NCBI GenBank assembly: GCA_046052125.1
Contig: JBJOMY010000002.1
Span: 32,001 to 96,000, forward strand
Source of the DNA: Cyanobacteriota bacterium
GTDB lineage: Bacteria > Cyanobacteriota > Cyanobacteriia > PCC-6307 > Cyanobiaceae
Direction: 5' to 3'
DNA length: 64,000 nucleotides
This document shows, in pieces, positions 10,361 through 19,469 of the stretch (the first letter of the stretch is position 1; every line of letters begins with the position of its first letter). Under the pieces are notes generated by a model. The model was not told the DNA's origin, did not search any database, and was given only the letters and a program-made list of their open reading frames with translations. A program made the translations under genes and the position numbers.

Positions 10361-10734
10361 GGAACCACCAACACAGGGCAGGGCGCCAGCTGGATCACGC
10401 GCGAGGCGGTGCTGGGCGCTTCGTCAGCCTCCAGCGTGAGCCCTCGCGTGCCCATCACGATCACATCGGCGTTGATCTCATCGGCCACATCGCAGATCAC
10501 AAACGCCGGCTTGCCCTCCCGCTCGATCACCTCACAGCTCACGCCCTGCTCCTGAAAACGGCTGCGGGCCTGCTCCAGCAGCGCGGCCACGGCGGCCGGA
10601 TCGTCCTGCCCCGGCTCCACAACCGACAGCACCACGAGGCGGCTCTGGTGTTGCTGGGCCAGCTTCAGGGCCGTGGCGGCGGTTTCAGCCGCCTGGCGGC
10701 TGCGATCAATCGGGAAGAGAACGGTCTCGAACAT
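10357..10734 (-). CDS. Universal stress protein
   Basis: MFETVLFPID, ADVIVMGTRG, C-terminal APCPVLVVP. Confidence 0.92.
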   Translation of the reverse strand: MFETVLFPIDRSRQAAETAATALKLAQQHQSRLVVLSVVEPGQDDPAAVAALLEQARSRFQEQGVSCEVIEREGKPAFVICDVADEINADVIVMGTRGLTLEADEAPSTASRVIQLAPCPVLVVP

Positions 10735-10855
10735 GGCCGCTGGGCCGGTGTTCCCTCTGTTTAGCGCCAGAAGCGACATCAGCCAGGGCCTGCCGTATTA
10801 AGCCCCCCCTTGACCGGCCCGCTAAATTCGCCCGACCCTTCTTTTGCTTAACGCC

Positions 10856-12061
10856 ATGGCGAAGCGCTCCCTGGCCAGCCTCTCCGCTGATGAACTGCGC
10901 GGCAAGCGCGTGCTGGTCCGGGTCGACTTCAACGTGCCCCTCAACGATGCCGGCGCCATTACCGATGACACCCGCATCCGCGCCGCCCTGCCCACCATCA
11001 ACGACCTCACCGGCAAGGGCGCCAAGGTGATCCTCTCGGCCCACTTCGGCCGTCCCAAGGGCCAGGTGAACGAGGGCATGCGCCTCACCCCCGTGGCCGC
11101 CCGCCTGAGCGAACTGCTGGGCAAGAGCGTGGTGAAGACCGACAGCTGCATCGGCCCCGACGCCGAAGCCAAGGTGGCCGCCATGGCTGAGGGCGATGTG
11201 GTGCTGCTGGAGAACGTGCGCTTCTTCGCTGAGGAAGAGAAGAACGAAGGCGATTTCGCCAAGCAGCTGGCAGCCCTGGCTGATGTGTATGTGAACGACG
11301 CCTTCGGCGCCGCCCACCGCGCCCATGCCTCCACCGAGGGCGTGACCCAGTACCTGAGCCCCAGCGTGGCCGGCTACCTGATGGAGAAGGAGCTGCAGTA
11401 CCTGCAGGGCGCCATCGATGAGCCCAAGCGCCCCCTGGCCGCCATCGTGGGAGGCTCGAAGGTGAGCTCCAAGATCGGCGTGCTCGAAGCCCTGCTCGAC
11501 AAGTGCGACAAGATCCTCGTCGGCGGCGGCATGGTCTTCACCTTCTACAAAGCCCGCGGCCTGGCCGTTGGCAAGAGCCTGGTGGAAGAGGACAAGCTGG
11601 AGCTGGCCAAGGAGCTTGAGGCAAAGGCTGCGGCCAAGGGCGTTCAGTTCCTGCTGCCCACCGATGTGGTGCTGGCCGACAACTTCGCTCCCGACGCCAA
11701 CACTCAGATCGCCAATGTGAACGCCATCCCCGATGGCTGGATGGGCCTGGACATCGGTCCTGACTCCGTGAAGGTGTTCCAGGACGCCCTGGCCGACTGC
11801 AAGACCGTGATCTGGAACGGCCCCATGGGCGTGTTCGAGTTCGACGCCTTCGCCGCCGGCACCAACGCCATCGCCACCACCCTGGCGGACCTGAGCGGCA
11901 AGGGCTGCTGCACGATCATCGGCGGCGGTGACTCCGTGGCCGCTGTGGAGAAGGCCGGCCTGGCCGACAAGATGTCGCACATCTCCACCGGCGGCGGCGC
12001 CAGCCTCGAGCTGCTCGAAGGCAAGGTGCTGCCCGGTGTGGCCGCCCTCGACGAAGCCTGA
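10856..12061 (+). CDS. pgk: Phosphoglycerate kinase
   Basis: [44 protein letters not shown]. Confidence 0.98.
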   Translation: MAKRSLASLSADELRGKRVLVRVDFNVPLNDAGAITDDTRIRAALPTINDLTGKGAKVILSAHFGRPKGQVNEGMRLTPVAARLSELLGKSVVKTDSCIGPDAEAKVAAMAEGDVVLLENVRFFAEEEKNEGDFAKQLAALADVYVNDAFGAAHRAHASTEGVTQYLSPSVAGYLMEKELQYLQGAIDEPKRPLAAIVGGSKVSSKIGVLEALLDKCDKILVGGGMVFTFYKARGLAVGKSLVEEDKLELAKELEAKAAAKGVQFLLPTDVVLADNFAPDANTQIANVNAIPDGWMGLDIGPDSVKVFQDALADCKTVIWNGPMGVFEFDAFAAGTNAIATTLADLSGKGCCTIIGGGDSVAAVEKAGLADKMSHISTGGGASLELLEGKVLPGVAALDEA

Positions 12062-12085
12062 TTCAGCGGGTTCAACCCACTGCAG

Positions 12086-12110
12086 AGGCCCCCGTAAGGG
12101 GGCCTTTTTT
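12086..12110 (+). terminator. Rho-independent terminator of pgk
   Basis: AGGCCCCC-GTAA-GGGGGCCT followed by a T tract. Confidence 0.85.
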
Positions 12111-12114
12111 GCGC

Positions 12115-13404
12115 CTAGCGATCGTCGCGATCACCAGATGCAACCGAGCGGCCCCGCAGCACCACCGCAAAGCCCTCGGCGCTGCGCCGGCACTCCAGCT
12201 GACCGCCATGGCTGGCCGCCACCCGCGCCGCGATCGCCAGGCCCAGGCCGCAGTGGCCGCCGCCGCCACGGGCCCGATCAAGCCGCTGAAACGGCTGCAG
12301 CGCCTGCGGCCAGGCCTCGGGGCTGATGCCGGCGCCGCGATCCCACACCTCGATGCGGAATCCGTCGTCGGCTTCGCGGCGCAACACCAACCGCAGGGGC
12401 GGCCGGCCATGGCTGAGGGCATTATCGAGCAAGTTGCCCACGGCCCGGCCCAACGCTGTGGGCTGCACACAGGCCTGCAGCGGTTCGAGATCGAGCAGCA
12501 ACTGATCGGGCTCAATCGGCGCGCTGAGCTCCGCAAGCCATTGATCCAGCGGCAACTCCACCGCCGCCTCCGCATCACCGCCGCCGGCGAACAGCAGAAA
12601 CTGGGCTGTGATCCGCTCCAGCGCATCGAGATCGGCCTCGGCCCGCTGCTGCTCCTTATGGCCGGTCAGACGCAGACGCAGTCGGGTGAGCGGGCTCTTG
12701 AGGTCGTGGGCGATGCCGGCGAGCATGGTGGTGCGATCGCGTTCATTGGCCGCCAGGCGCTGCACCATCGCCTTGAAGCGCGCCGTAAGCCGGCGCACGG
12801 CGCCACTGCCGGATGACGGCAGGGGGGAAGCCAGAGAGGCGGCACCGGCCTGATCGCTGTTGCCCACTTGGGCCAGGGCCTGCTCCAACTGCTGCAGCGG
12901 CCGTTGCACCTCCCACCACAGGTAGAGCAGCGAGCTGGAGATACTGCCCGCGAGCAGAGCCAGTCCCAACAGGAGCGGATCGGGGGCACGTCCCCGCGCT
13001 GTATCGAGCGGGGTAAACAGCCACACCGGTTCCAGGGGTGAGAGCAACTCAACCCACACGCCCGGACGCGTTGCCGCAGCCGGCAACACCGGCGGGCAGG
13101 GGGCGATCTCCCTGCAGAGCTCCTGCTGCAGTTGGCGGGCCTGCCGCTGCAGCCGGCCATCGCGACTGAGCGGTGGATGGGCACCCACCCGCAGCGGTAG
13201 GCCGCTGAGGCGCGCCAGAGCAGCCGGTGGCAGGCGATCAAGAGCCAGCTCTCCGAGGCGGAGATTGAACGCCACCTCAGGGCCGAGCTGGAGGATCTGA
13301 GCCCGCTCCAACCGCTGGGCCAGCAGAGCCTGCAGCAAAGCCAGGCTGAGAGCCGACACGCCGGCCCCCACCAGGACAGTCCTAACGGCTGCGGGGCTGG
13401 CCAT
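12115..13404 (-). CDS. EnvZ-like membrane sensor histidine kinase (HAMP, HisKA, HATPase)
   Basis: Two hydrophobic segments, H-box AGIAHDLKSPL, N-box NLLDNA, DRGAGI, GLGLAI. Confidence 0.9.
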   Translation of the reverse strand: MASPAAVRTVLVGAGVSALSLALLQALLAQRLERAQILQLGPEVAFNLRLGELALDRLPPAALARLSGLPLRVGAHPPLSRDGRLQRQARQLQQELCREIAPCPPVLPAAATRPGVWVELLSPLEPVWLFTPLDTARGRAPDPLLLGLALLAGSISSSLLYLWWEVQRPLQQLEQALAQVGNSDQAGAASLASPLPSSGSGAVRRLTARFKAMVQRLAANERDRTTMLAGIAHDLKSPLTRLRLRLTGHKEQQRAEADLDALERITAQFLLFAGGGDAEAAVELPLDQWLAELSAPIEPDQLLLDLEPLQACVQPTALGRAVGNLLDNALSHGRPPLRLVLRREADDGFRIEVWDRGAGISPEAWPQALQPFQRLDRARGGGGHCGLGLAIAARVAASHGGQLECRRSAEGFAVVLRGRSVASGDRDDR

Positions 13405-14122
13405 CAGGCACGAACACATAGCCGTAGCCCCACACCGTCTGCAGGTAGCGGGGACGGGCGGGATCGGGTTCGACCAGCTTGCGCACGCGCGACACCTGCA
13501 CATCCATGCTGCGGCTATCGGTGTCGGAGCCGGGACCGCGGGCCAGCTCGATCAAGCGCTCCCGCGAGAGGGGGCGATGCGGGTGCTGCACGAAGGCGGC
13601 CAACAGGCTGAACTCACCGCTGGTGATCACCACCGGTGCACCAGAGCGCTCCAGGCTGCGGGCCGCAAGATCGAGGCGGTTATCGCCGAACTCCACCAGC
13701 CGCCCCTCCGCCACTGGCGTCCCGGCCGGGAGAGCCACACGCCGCCGCAACACCGCCTCGATCCGCGCCGTGAGCTCCCGCGGCAGGAACGGTTTACCCA
13801 GGTAATCGTCGGCCCCCTGCTCGAGGCCAATAATCCTGTCGACGCCGTCGCCCCGGGCGGTGAGCATCACCACCGGTAGATCGTCACCGCCATCGCGCAG
13901 GCGGCGCAGCAGGGTGAGGCCGTCGTCGCCGGGGAGCATCACATCGAGCACCACTAGATCGGGCCGCTGCGCATCGAGCCGGGCCATCAGCTGCTCACCG
14001 CTGCTCAAGCAGCGCACGTCGTAGCCCTGATCGGTGAGGTAGGTACCCAGCAAACGCCGCTGCTCAGGGTCGTCATCCACCACCCAGATGCGCGACGAAG
14101 CGCTGCGCTGAGCAACAACCAT
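13382..14122 (-). CDS. OmpR-family response regulator
   Basis: IWVVDDD, DLVVLDVMLPG, GADDYLGKPF, winged helix ending YLQTVWGYGY. Confidence 0.93.
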   Translation of the reverse strand: MVVAQRSASSRIWVVDDDPEQRRLLGTYLTDQGYDVRCLSSGEQLMARLDAQRPDLVVLDVMLPGDDGLTLLRRLRDGGDDLPVVMLTARGDGVDRIIGLEQGADDYLGKPFLPRELTARIEAVLRRRVALPAGTPVAEGRLVEFGDNRLDLAARSLERSGAPVVITSGEFSLLAAFVQHPHRPLSRERLIELARGPGSDTDSRSMDVQVSRVRKLVEPDPARPRYLQTVWGYGYVFVPDGQPRSR

Positions 14123-14251
14123 CGATCGGTTCAGCGAGGCTGCGCCGACTGTATGGAGATCAGGGCGTTCAGGCAGCGTCAGACAGATCTGGTCACAGGT
14201 TGGTGGCGAGACTGCCGCCTGGAACCCCAAGCGGCTCCATAGCCTGAGGGC

Positions 14252-14740
14252 ATGCGCCGCCGCCATGCGACCCCCCAATGCGCTCTTGCGTTCGCCCTGG
14301 CGTTGAGCCTGGGCGCAGCTGCTGCGGGCCGGGCTCAGACCGCCGCGGAGAAGCAGAGCTATCAGCAGCGGCTCCAACAGCTGTTCCAACGCCTGGATCG
14401 CAATAGCGACCAGCGCCTGCAGCGACAGGAAGTGCAGGGGCATCCCTATCTGGAGCGCCACTTCGAGCGGCTGGACAGCCAGCAGCGGGGTTATCTCACC
14501 CCCGACGAGCTGAAGCCGGCCGAGGCCCAACGCGGCGAACGCGCAGCGCGCTTCTTCAGCCAGGCTGATCGCAACGGCGATGGCCGCATCGACCGCCGCG
14601 AAGCGGAGGGATACACCTGGTTGCGGCAACACTTCAGCAGTGCCGACCGCAATGGCGATGGCAGTGTGGATCGGCAGGAGCTGAACGGCCTGGCCGAGCA
14701 GCGTCGCCGCCAACAGTCACCCGAAAGCCGTGCCCGCTGA
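14252..14740 (+). CDS. Secreted EF-hand protein
   Basis: Signal peptide; EF-hand-like loops DRNSDQRLQRQE, DSQQRGYLTPDE, DRNGDGRIDRRE, DRNGDGSVDRQE. Confidence 0.85.
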   Translation: MRRRHATPQCALAFALALSLGAAAAGRAQTAAEKQSYQQRLQQLFQRLDRNSDQRLQRQEVQGHPYLERHFERLDSQQRGYLTPDELKPAEAQRGERAARFFSQADRNGDGRIDRREAEGYTWLRQHFSSADRNGDGSVDRQELNGLAEQRRRQQSPESRAR

Positions 14741-15650
14741 TTCCACGCCGATGCCTCTGGCCTGGATCGGCCTGGGGGCCCTGGGCGCACCGATGGCGCT
14801 CAACCTGGTGCAGGCCGGGTACCGGCTCAGGGTGTTCAACCGCGACCCAAGCCGCTGCGAAGCCCTGATCAGTGCCGGGGCGGATCAAGCTCTCACCCCG
14901 TCCGAAGCCGCAGCAGGAGCCGAGGTGCTGCTGGTGTGCGTGAGCGACGATGCCGCCGTGGAGGCGGTGCTCCTTGGAACGCCCAATCCAGAGTTCCGTA
15001 CAGACCAAACGGAATCGCAAGCAGCAGCGATTCACGGCCTGGCCCCAGGCAGCCTGGTGATCGACTGTTCCACCATCAGCCCCGCCACCAGCCGCCGCGT
15101 GGCAGCAGCCCTGGGGGAGCGCGGGATCGCCTACATCGATGCCCCGGTGACCGGCGGCACCGAGGGCGCCAAGGCCGGCACGCTCTCCGTGCTCGTGGGC
15201 GGTGAGACCGCCCACCTGGAGCGGGCCCGGCCGCTGCTGGAGGTGCTCGGCAGCGCAATCACCCACTTCGGCCCAGTGGGATCCGGCCAGGAGGCCAAAG
15301 CGGTGAACCAGGTGCTGGTGGCGGGCAGCTACGCCGCCGTGGCCGAGGCGCTCAGCCTGGCCGAACGCCTTGGCCTCAATCGCAGCCAGGTGGTGGAGGC
15401 GCTCAAGGGCGGCGCCGCGGGCTCCTGGGCCCTGGAACACCGCAGCGAGCGGATGATCAACGATCACTACCCCCTGGGTTTCAAGCTGGCTCTGCACCGC
15501 AAGGATCTGGGCATCGCCCTTGCTGCAGCGGCCGAACAAGAGCTGGAGCTACCGGTGAGCCAGTTGGTGGCCGCCATGGAAGACCAGCTCATGGAAGCCG
15601 GGCACAGCGATCTGGATGTGTCGGCGTTAGCGCGTTGGTTTAGAAGCTGA
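14730..15650 (+). CDS. NAD(P)-dependent 3-hydroxyisobutyrate/tartronate-semialdehyde reductase family oxidoreductase
   Basis: WIGLGALGAPMA, IDCSTISP, DAPVTGG, AKAVNQ, KDLGIAL. Confidence 0.9.
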   Translation: MPADSTPMPLAWIGLGALGAPMALNLVQAGYRLRVFNRDPSRCEALISAGADQALTPSEAAAGAEVLLVCVSDDAAVEAVLLGTPNPEFRTDQTESQAAAIHGLAPGSLVIDCSTISPATSRRVAAALGERGIAYIDAPVTGGTEGAKAGTLSVLVGGETAHLERARPLLEVLGSAITHFGPVGSGQEAKAVNQVLVAGSYAAVAEALSLAERLGLNRSQVVEALKGGAAGSWALEHRSERMINDHYPLGFKLALHRKDLGIALAAAAEQELELPVSQLVAAMEDQLMEAGHSDLDVSALARWFRS

Positions 15651-16377
15651 GCTCCGCGCGGTCGGCCACCACACGCACCTGCTTGCTGGCGGCCACGATC
15701 CCCTTGGGATGCACCAGCAACACCGCCCAGGTTTGGCTGCCGGGCTGGAACGGGGCCTGCACGCTCTTGAACAATCCGCCGCCGCCGAGGGCTTCCAGCT
15801 GCAGGTCGGGCGTCTGCAGACGCAAGAGCTCACCGGGGCTCACCGCCTTGATCGCACCAGCCACCACAGCCCCATCGAGCGGTTCATCGAACACCACGTC
15901 GAGGTCGTAGCGCTGACCGGTGAGGACCGCATCGGGGATCAACAGGCTCACCTTGAGGTCGTTGTCGCCGCTCCGCAACAGCGACGACTCACGGATCAGC
16001 TCCTGGCTGTTGAAGCGCGGACCACTGGCGCCAAGCACCAACTGCTGACGCGCCTCAAAACGGAAGCGGTAGGGGCCCTCCTCACGGCTCCCGGTCACAT
16101 TGATCTCGGTGGTAGCCCGCCCGTCCTTGAGCAGAGGGCCGGGCTGAACGCGCCAACTGGCATCCGGGAACTGCTGGCGGAGCAACAGGCGGCGGCGCTC
16201 CACCTCCGCTGGATCAAGGCCCTGTCCCGGCTCGAGCACCGCATCCAGAGCAGCCGGCGAGCTGCTGTTGAGGGCATCCTGCAGGGCCTGCAGGCTGGGG
16301 GCCGCCCGCAGCGGTGTTGAGCCCATCACCACACCGGCCAGGGCGAGGGCAGCCGGCAGGAGAGGGCGCAACAGCAC
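15640..16377 (-). CDS. Conserved secreted hypothetical protein
   Basis: Signal peptide and host-like codon usage; divergent from murG. Confidence 0.75.
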   Translation of the reverse strand: MLLRPLLPAALALAGVVMGSTPLRAAPSLQALQDALNSSSPAALDAVLEPGQGLDPAEVERRRLLLRQQFPDASWRVQPGPLLKDGRATTEINVTGSREEGPYRFRFEARQQLVLGASGPRFNSQELIRESSLLRSGDNDLKVSLLIPDAVLTGQRYDLDVVFDEPLDGAVVAGAIKAVSPGELLRLQTPDLQLEALGGGGLFKSVQAPFQPGSQTWAVLLVHPKGIVAASKQVRVVADRAELSF

Positions 16378-16431
16378 TGGGGCTCAACCAACACACGGCC
16401 CTTAAGTTAGGCGCGCCTTCCCGCCGCCACC

Positions 16432-17508
16432 ATGTCCCGCCTGTTGATCGCGGCCAGCGGCACCGGCGGGCATCTGTTCCCGGCTATGGCCGTGGCGCAG
16501 GCACTGCCCCCCGACTGGCAGATCCAGTGGCTGGGGGTGCCTGACCGACTGGAGACCGAGCTGGTGCCAGCGGAGATCACCCTGCACACCGTGCAAGCGG
16601 GCGGGCTGCAGGGGCGAGGGCTGCAGAAACTGCTCAACCTGCTGCGACTGCTATGCGCCAGCTGGAGCGTGCGCCAACTGATCCGCCGAGAGCGCATCCA
16701 GGTGGTGTTCAGCACCGGCGGCTACATCGCCGCGCCGGCGATCCTCGCGGCCCGCTGGTGCGGCGTTCCAGTGGTGCTGCACGAATCGAATGGCGTTCCC
16801 GGCAGAGTGACACGTCTGCTCGGCAAGCTCTGTACGCACGTGGCGGTGGGTCTACCCCAAGCGGCCGAGCGGCTCCAGGGCTGCCAGCCGCGGGTCACGG
16901 GAACCCCCGTGCGGCGCGAGTTTTTGCAGCCTGCGGCCCTGCCCGCTTGGGTGCCCGCGGGGCCGGGGCCCTTGCTTTTGGTGATGGGCGGCAGCCAGGG
17001 AGCGGTTGGGCTGAATCGCATGGTGCGACCCCTGTTGCCTCGCTTGCTGAGCGCGGGGTGCCGCGTGGTGCATCTGAGCGGCAGCAACGACCCCGAAAGC
17101 GGCCAACTGCAGCACCCGCACTACGCCGAGCGTCCCTTCAGCGATGAAGTGGCGGGCCTTCTGCAACACGCCGATCTGGTGATCAGTCGCGCCGGGGCCG
17201 GCAGCCTCAGCGAACTAGCGGTGTGCGGCAGCCCCTCAATCCTGGTGCCCTTCCCCCAAGCCGCCGACAAGCATCAAGACGCCAACGCTGGTGCAGCAGC
17301 AGCGCTCGGGGCGGCCGTGATCGTGTGGCAGCACCCGCCTGAGCACCCGGCGCTTGAGCAGGCGATCTGGCGCTTGCTGGGGCCTCGGCTGCGGGGCAGC
17401 GATCCGGCTGTGGATCCACTCCTGGAGCTGCGGCGCGGCATGGAGCGGCTAGAGGTGCGGGATGCGGATCAGCTGTTGGCGGGGTTGCTGATGGAGTTGA
17501 GCTCCTGA
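16432..17508 (+). CDS. murG: UDP-GlcNAc:lipid I N-acetylglucosamine transferase
   Basis: [37 protein letters not shown]. Confidence 0.96.
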   Translation: MSRLLIAASGTGGHLFPAMAVAQALPPDWQIQWLGVPDRLETELVPAEITLHTVQAGGLQGRGLQKLLNLLRLLCASWSVRQLIRRERIQVVFSTGGYIAAPAILAARWCGVPVVLHESNGVPGRVTRLLGKLCTHVAVGLPQAAERLQGCQPRVTGTPVRREFLQPAALPAWVPAGPGPLLLVMGGSQGAVGLNRMVRPLLPRLLSAGCRVVHLSGSNDPESGQLQHPHYAERPFSDEVAGLLQHADLVISRAGAGSLSELAVCGSPSILVPFPQAADKHQDANAGAAAALGAAVIVWQHPPEHPALEQAIWRLLGPRLRGSDPAVDPLLELRRGMERLEVRDADQLLAGLLMELSS

Positions 17509-18575
17509 CGCATTGCTCGGATGATGCGGCGATTGCCAGCGCGGCTCAGGTAGCCGATGCGCAACCAGGTTTCGTCCAATCCTTCAAAGGAGCGGCAATC
17601 GCGCAGGAGGATCCGGTGTCGAGTTTCCAGAGCCTCACGCAACGGCTGGAGAGACACGGGCTCGCCATTGCACTCGCCGCGAATCAAGAGGTAATTCGCC
17701 GCAGACGGCATCGGGATGATGCCGGGCAAGCTCGCGAGCTGGTGCTGCAACCACGCACCCTCGCGGGCCGTCCAGCGCTGCACGCGTTGTATCCAGGCCT
17801 GGTGCCGTTTCGGGCTCCGCAACAAGGCTTGACCCACTGCCGAGGCCACAGCATTCACCGGCCAGGGATCACGCCACTGAGCCCAACGCTGTAGGCGCTC
17901 AGGTTGAGCCACCGCGTAGCCCAGTCGTAATCCGGCGATTCCGTACAGCTTGGTGAGGCTGCGGATCACCACGAGGTTGGGGTGATCCGCCACGAGTGGG
18001 ATCAACGATTGGACTTCGCCGTTGGGCACCAAGGGAAGAAAAGCCTCATCACAAATCACCAAAGCAAAACGGTCCAACAACGGTTCAAGCGACGTACGAC
18101 TCCACAGCTGGCCCGTGGGGTTGTGGGGATTGGTGATCCAGAGCACCCCCGCCTCAGTCGGGCAAGACGGGAAGGACGTCGCGTCATTGCTGGTCCACTG
18201 CAATGGCAGTCGCATAGGAGCGGTATCAGCGCCCCAACAACACAACGCTCGCCGATAGTCAGCGAATCCAGGCTGGGGGAGCACAGAACATCCCATTGCC
18301 TCCGCATCCCGAGCCGCCCAGGTGAAAAGCTCCGCAGCGCCATTACCAGGGAGAACGGTCTCCGGAGCCAATTCATGGGACAGGCCAATGCACTGACGTA
18401 GCCGTTCCATGCCTCGATCGGGATACGCACCCAACGAAGCCCGAAAAGCCTCCGTACGGACAGTCCATGGGAGAGCGAACGGAGCCAAGGAGGCGCTTGC
18501 ATCCAGCAACTGGTGCGGACGGCAGCCGAGCCGAAGGGCGGTGGCTTCAAGATTGCCGCCGTGGGCTTCAAGCAC
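17469..18575 (-). CDS. cobD: PLP-dependent L-threonine-O-3-phosphate decarboxylase (CobD/CobC family)
   Basis: [38 protein letters not shown]. Confidence 0.85.
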   Translation of the reverse strand: MLEAHGGNLEATALRLGCRPHQLLDASASLAPFALPWTVRTEAFRASLGAYPDRGMERLRQCIGLSHELAPETVLPGNGAAELFTWAARDAEAMGCSVLPQPGFADYRRALCCWGADTAPMRLPLQWTSNDATSFPSCPTEAGVLWITNPHNPTGQLWSRTSLEPLLDRFALVICDEAFLPLVPNGEVQSLIPLVADHPNLVVIRSLTKLYGIAGLRLGYAVAQPERLQRWAQWRDPWPVNAVASAVGQALLRSPKRHQAWIQRVQRWTAREGAWLQHQLASLPGIIPMPSAANYLLIRGECNGEPVSLQPLREALETRHRILLRDCRSFEGLDETWLRIGYLSRAGNRRIIRAMRQELNSISNPANS

Positions 18576-18662
18576 TCAGGAACTGCACTCGCAACAACCA
18601 GCCTGATCGACGATCTGACACAGGTCCTGTACAACCAGTGAACTGTTGATGCACTGAACGCG

Positions 18663-19469
18663 ATGCCACAGCACCACTGGCTAGCCCTGGGATCAATCCT
18701 GGCCGTGGTCAGCTGTGGTGCCGGCATCCCAGCAATGTCAGCCGATTCCAAAGCTCTCGTACAAACCCTGGACGAGCGGAGCTGCACCCGTTGCAACCTT
18801 CAGGACGCTGATCTAGTGCATGCCGACCTGCGCGACGCGCGTCTTCAAGGGGCTCAATTGCAACGGGCCAACCTGAGCGGAGCGCGCCTTGACGGAGCTG
18901 ATTTACGGCATGCGGATCTCAGCTTCACCAGCCTGACAGGAGCCTCTTTGGAAGGCGCCGATCTGCGGGGAGCAACGCTCACGGGCACTGATTTCCGCAA
19001 CAGCAATCTGAGTGGGGCCCAAATCGACCCAGGCAGCCTGAGTAGAAGTCACTGGCATGGAGCCAGAGGAGTTTCGGGATCGCTGCACAGTTACGCCGAA
19101 CTGCACAATGCTGGCGTCCAAGCGGCACTGAAGGATCAGCATCCCGTGGCGGAACGTTGGTTCAGCGAAGCGATCAAGCGCATGCCCAACGCAGCGGTCA
19201 GCTGGGTTGCCCGCGGCATCAGTCGAGCTGAACAGGGACAACTCCTGCTGGCGTCCCAAGACCTTCGTTACGCCGGCGCGCTTTATGCACAACTGGGAGA
19301 CCAAGAACAAGCCACAGCCCTCACCAAGGCAGCGGAACTACTGGTTCAGCCGACCAAACGCCCAAAAGGCGGCAATGGAATCGGTTCTCAGCTGATGACA
19401 GGCGCCCTAGCCGCATTCCAATTGCTTGCCCCATTAGCAGCGAAAACGATGCTGCCGATGCCGTTTTAA
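18663..19469 (+). CDS. Pentapeptide-repeat protein with a TPR-like C-terminus
   Basis: Signal/lipoprotein-like N-terminus, CTRCNL, many A(D/N)Lxx repeats, TPR-like helices. Confidence 0.88.
   Translation: MPQHHWLALGSILAVVSCGAGIPAMSADSKALVQTLDERSCTRCNLQDADLVHADLRDARLQGAQLQRANLSGARLDGADLRHADLSFTSLTGASLEGADLRGATLTGTDFRNSNLSGAQIDPGSLSRSHWHGARGVSGSLHSYAELHNAGVQAALKDQHPVAERWFSEAIKRMPNAAVSWVARGISRAEQGQLLLASQDLRYAGALYAQLGDQEQATALTKAAELLVQPTKRPKGGNGIGSQLMTGALAAFQLLAPLAAKTMLPMPF

Noticed and set aside
14175..14205. Tandem ACAG half-sites as an OmpR box
   Set aside because: Match too short and spacing (12 nt) unconvincing.
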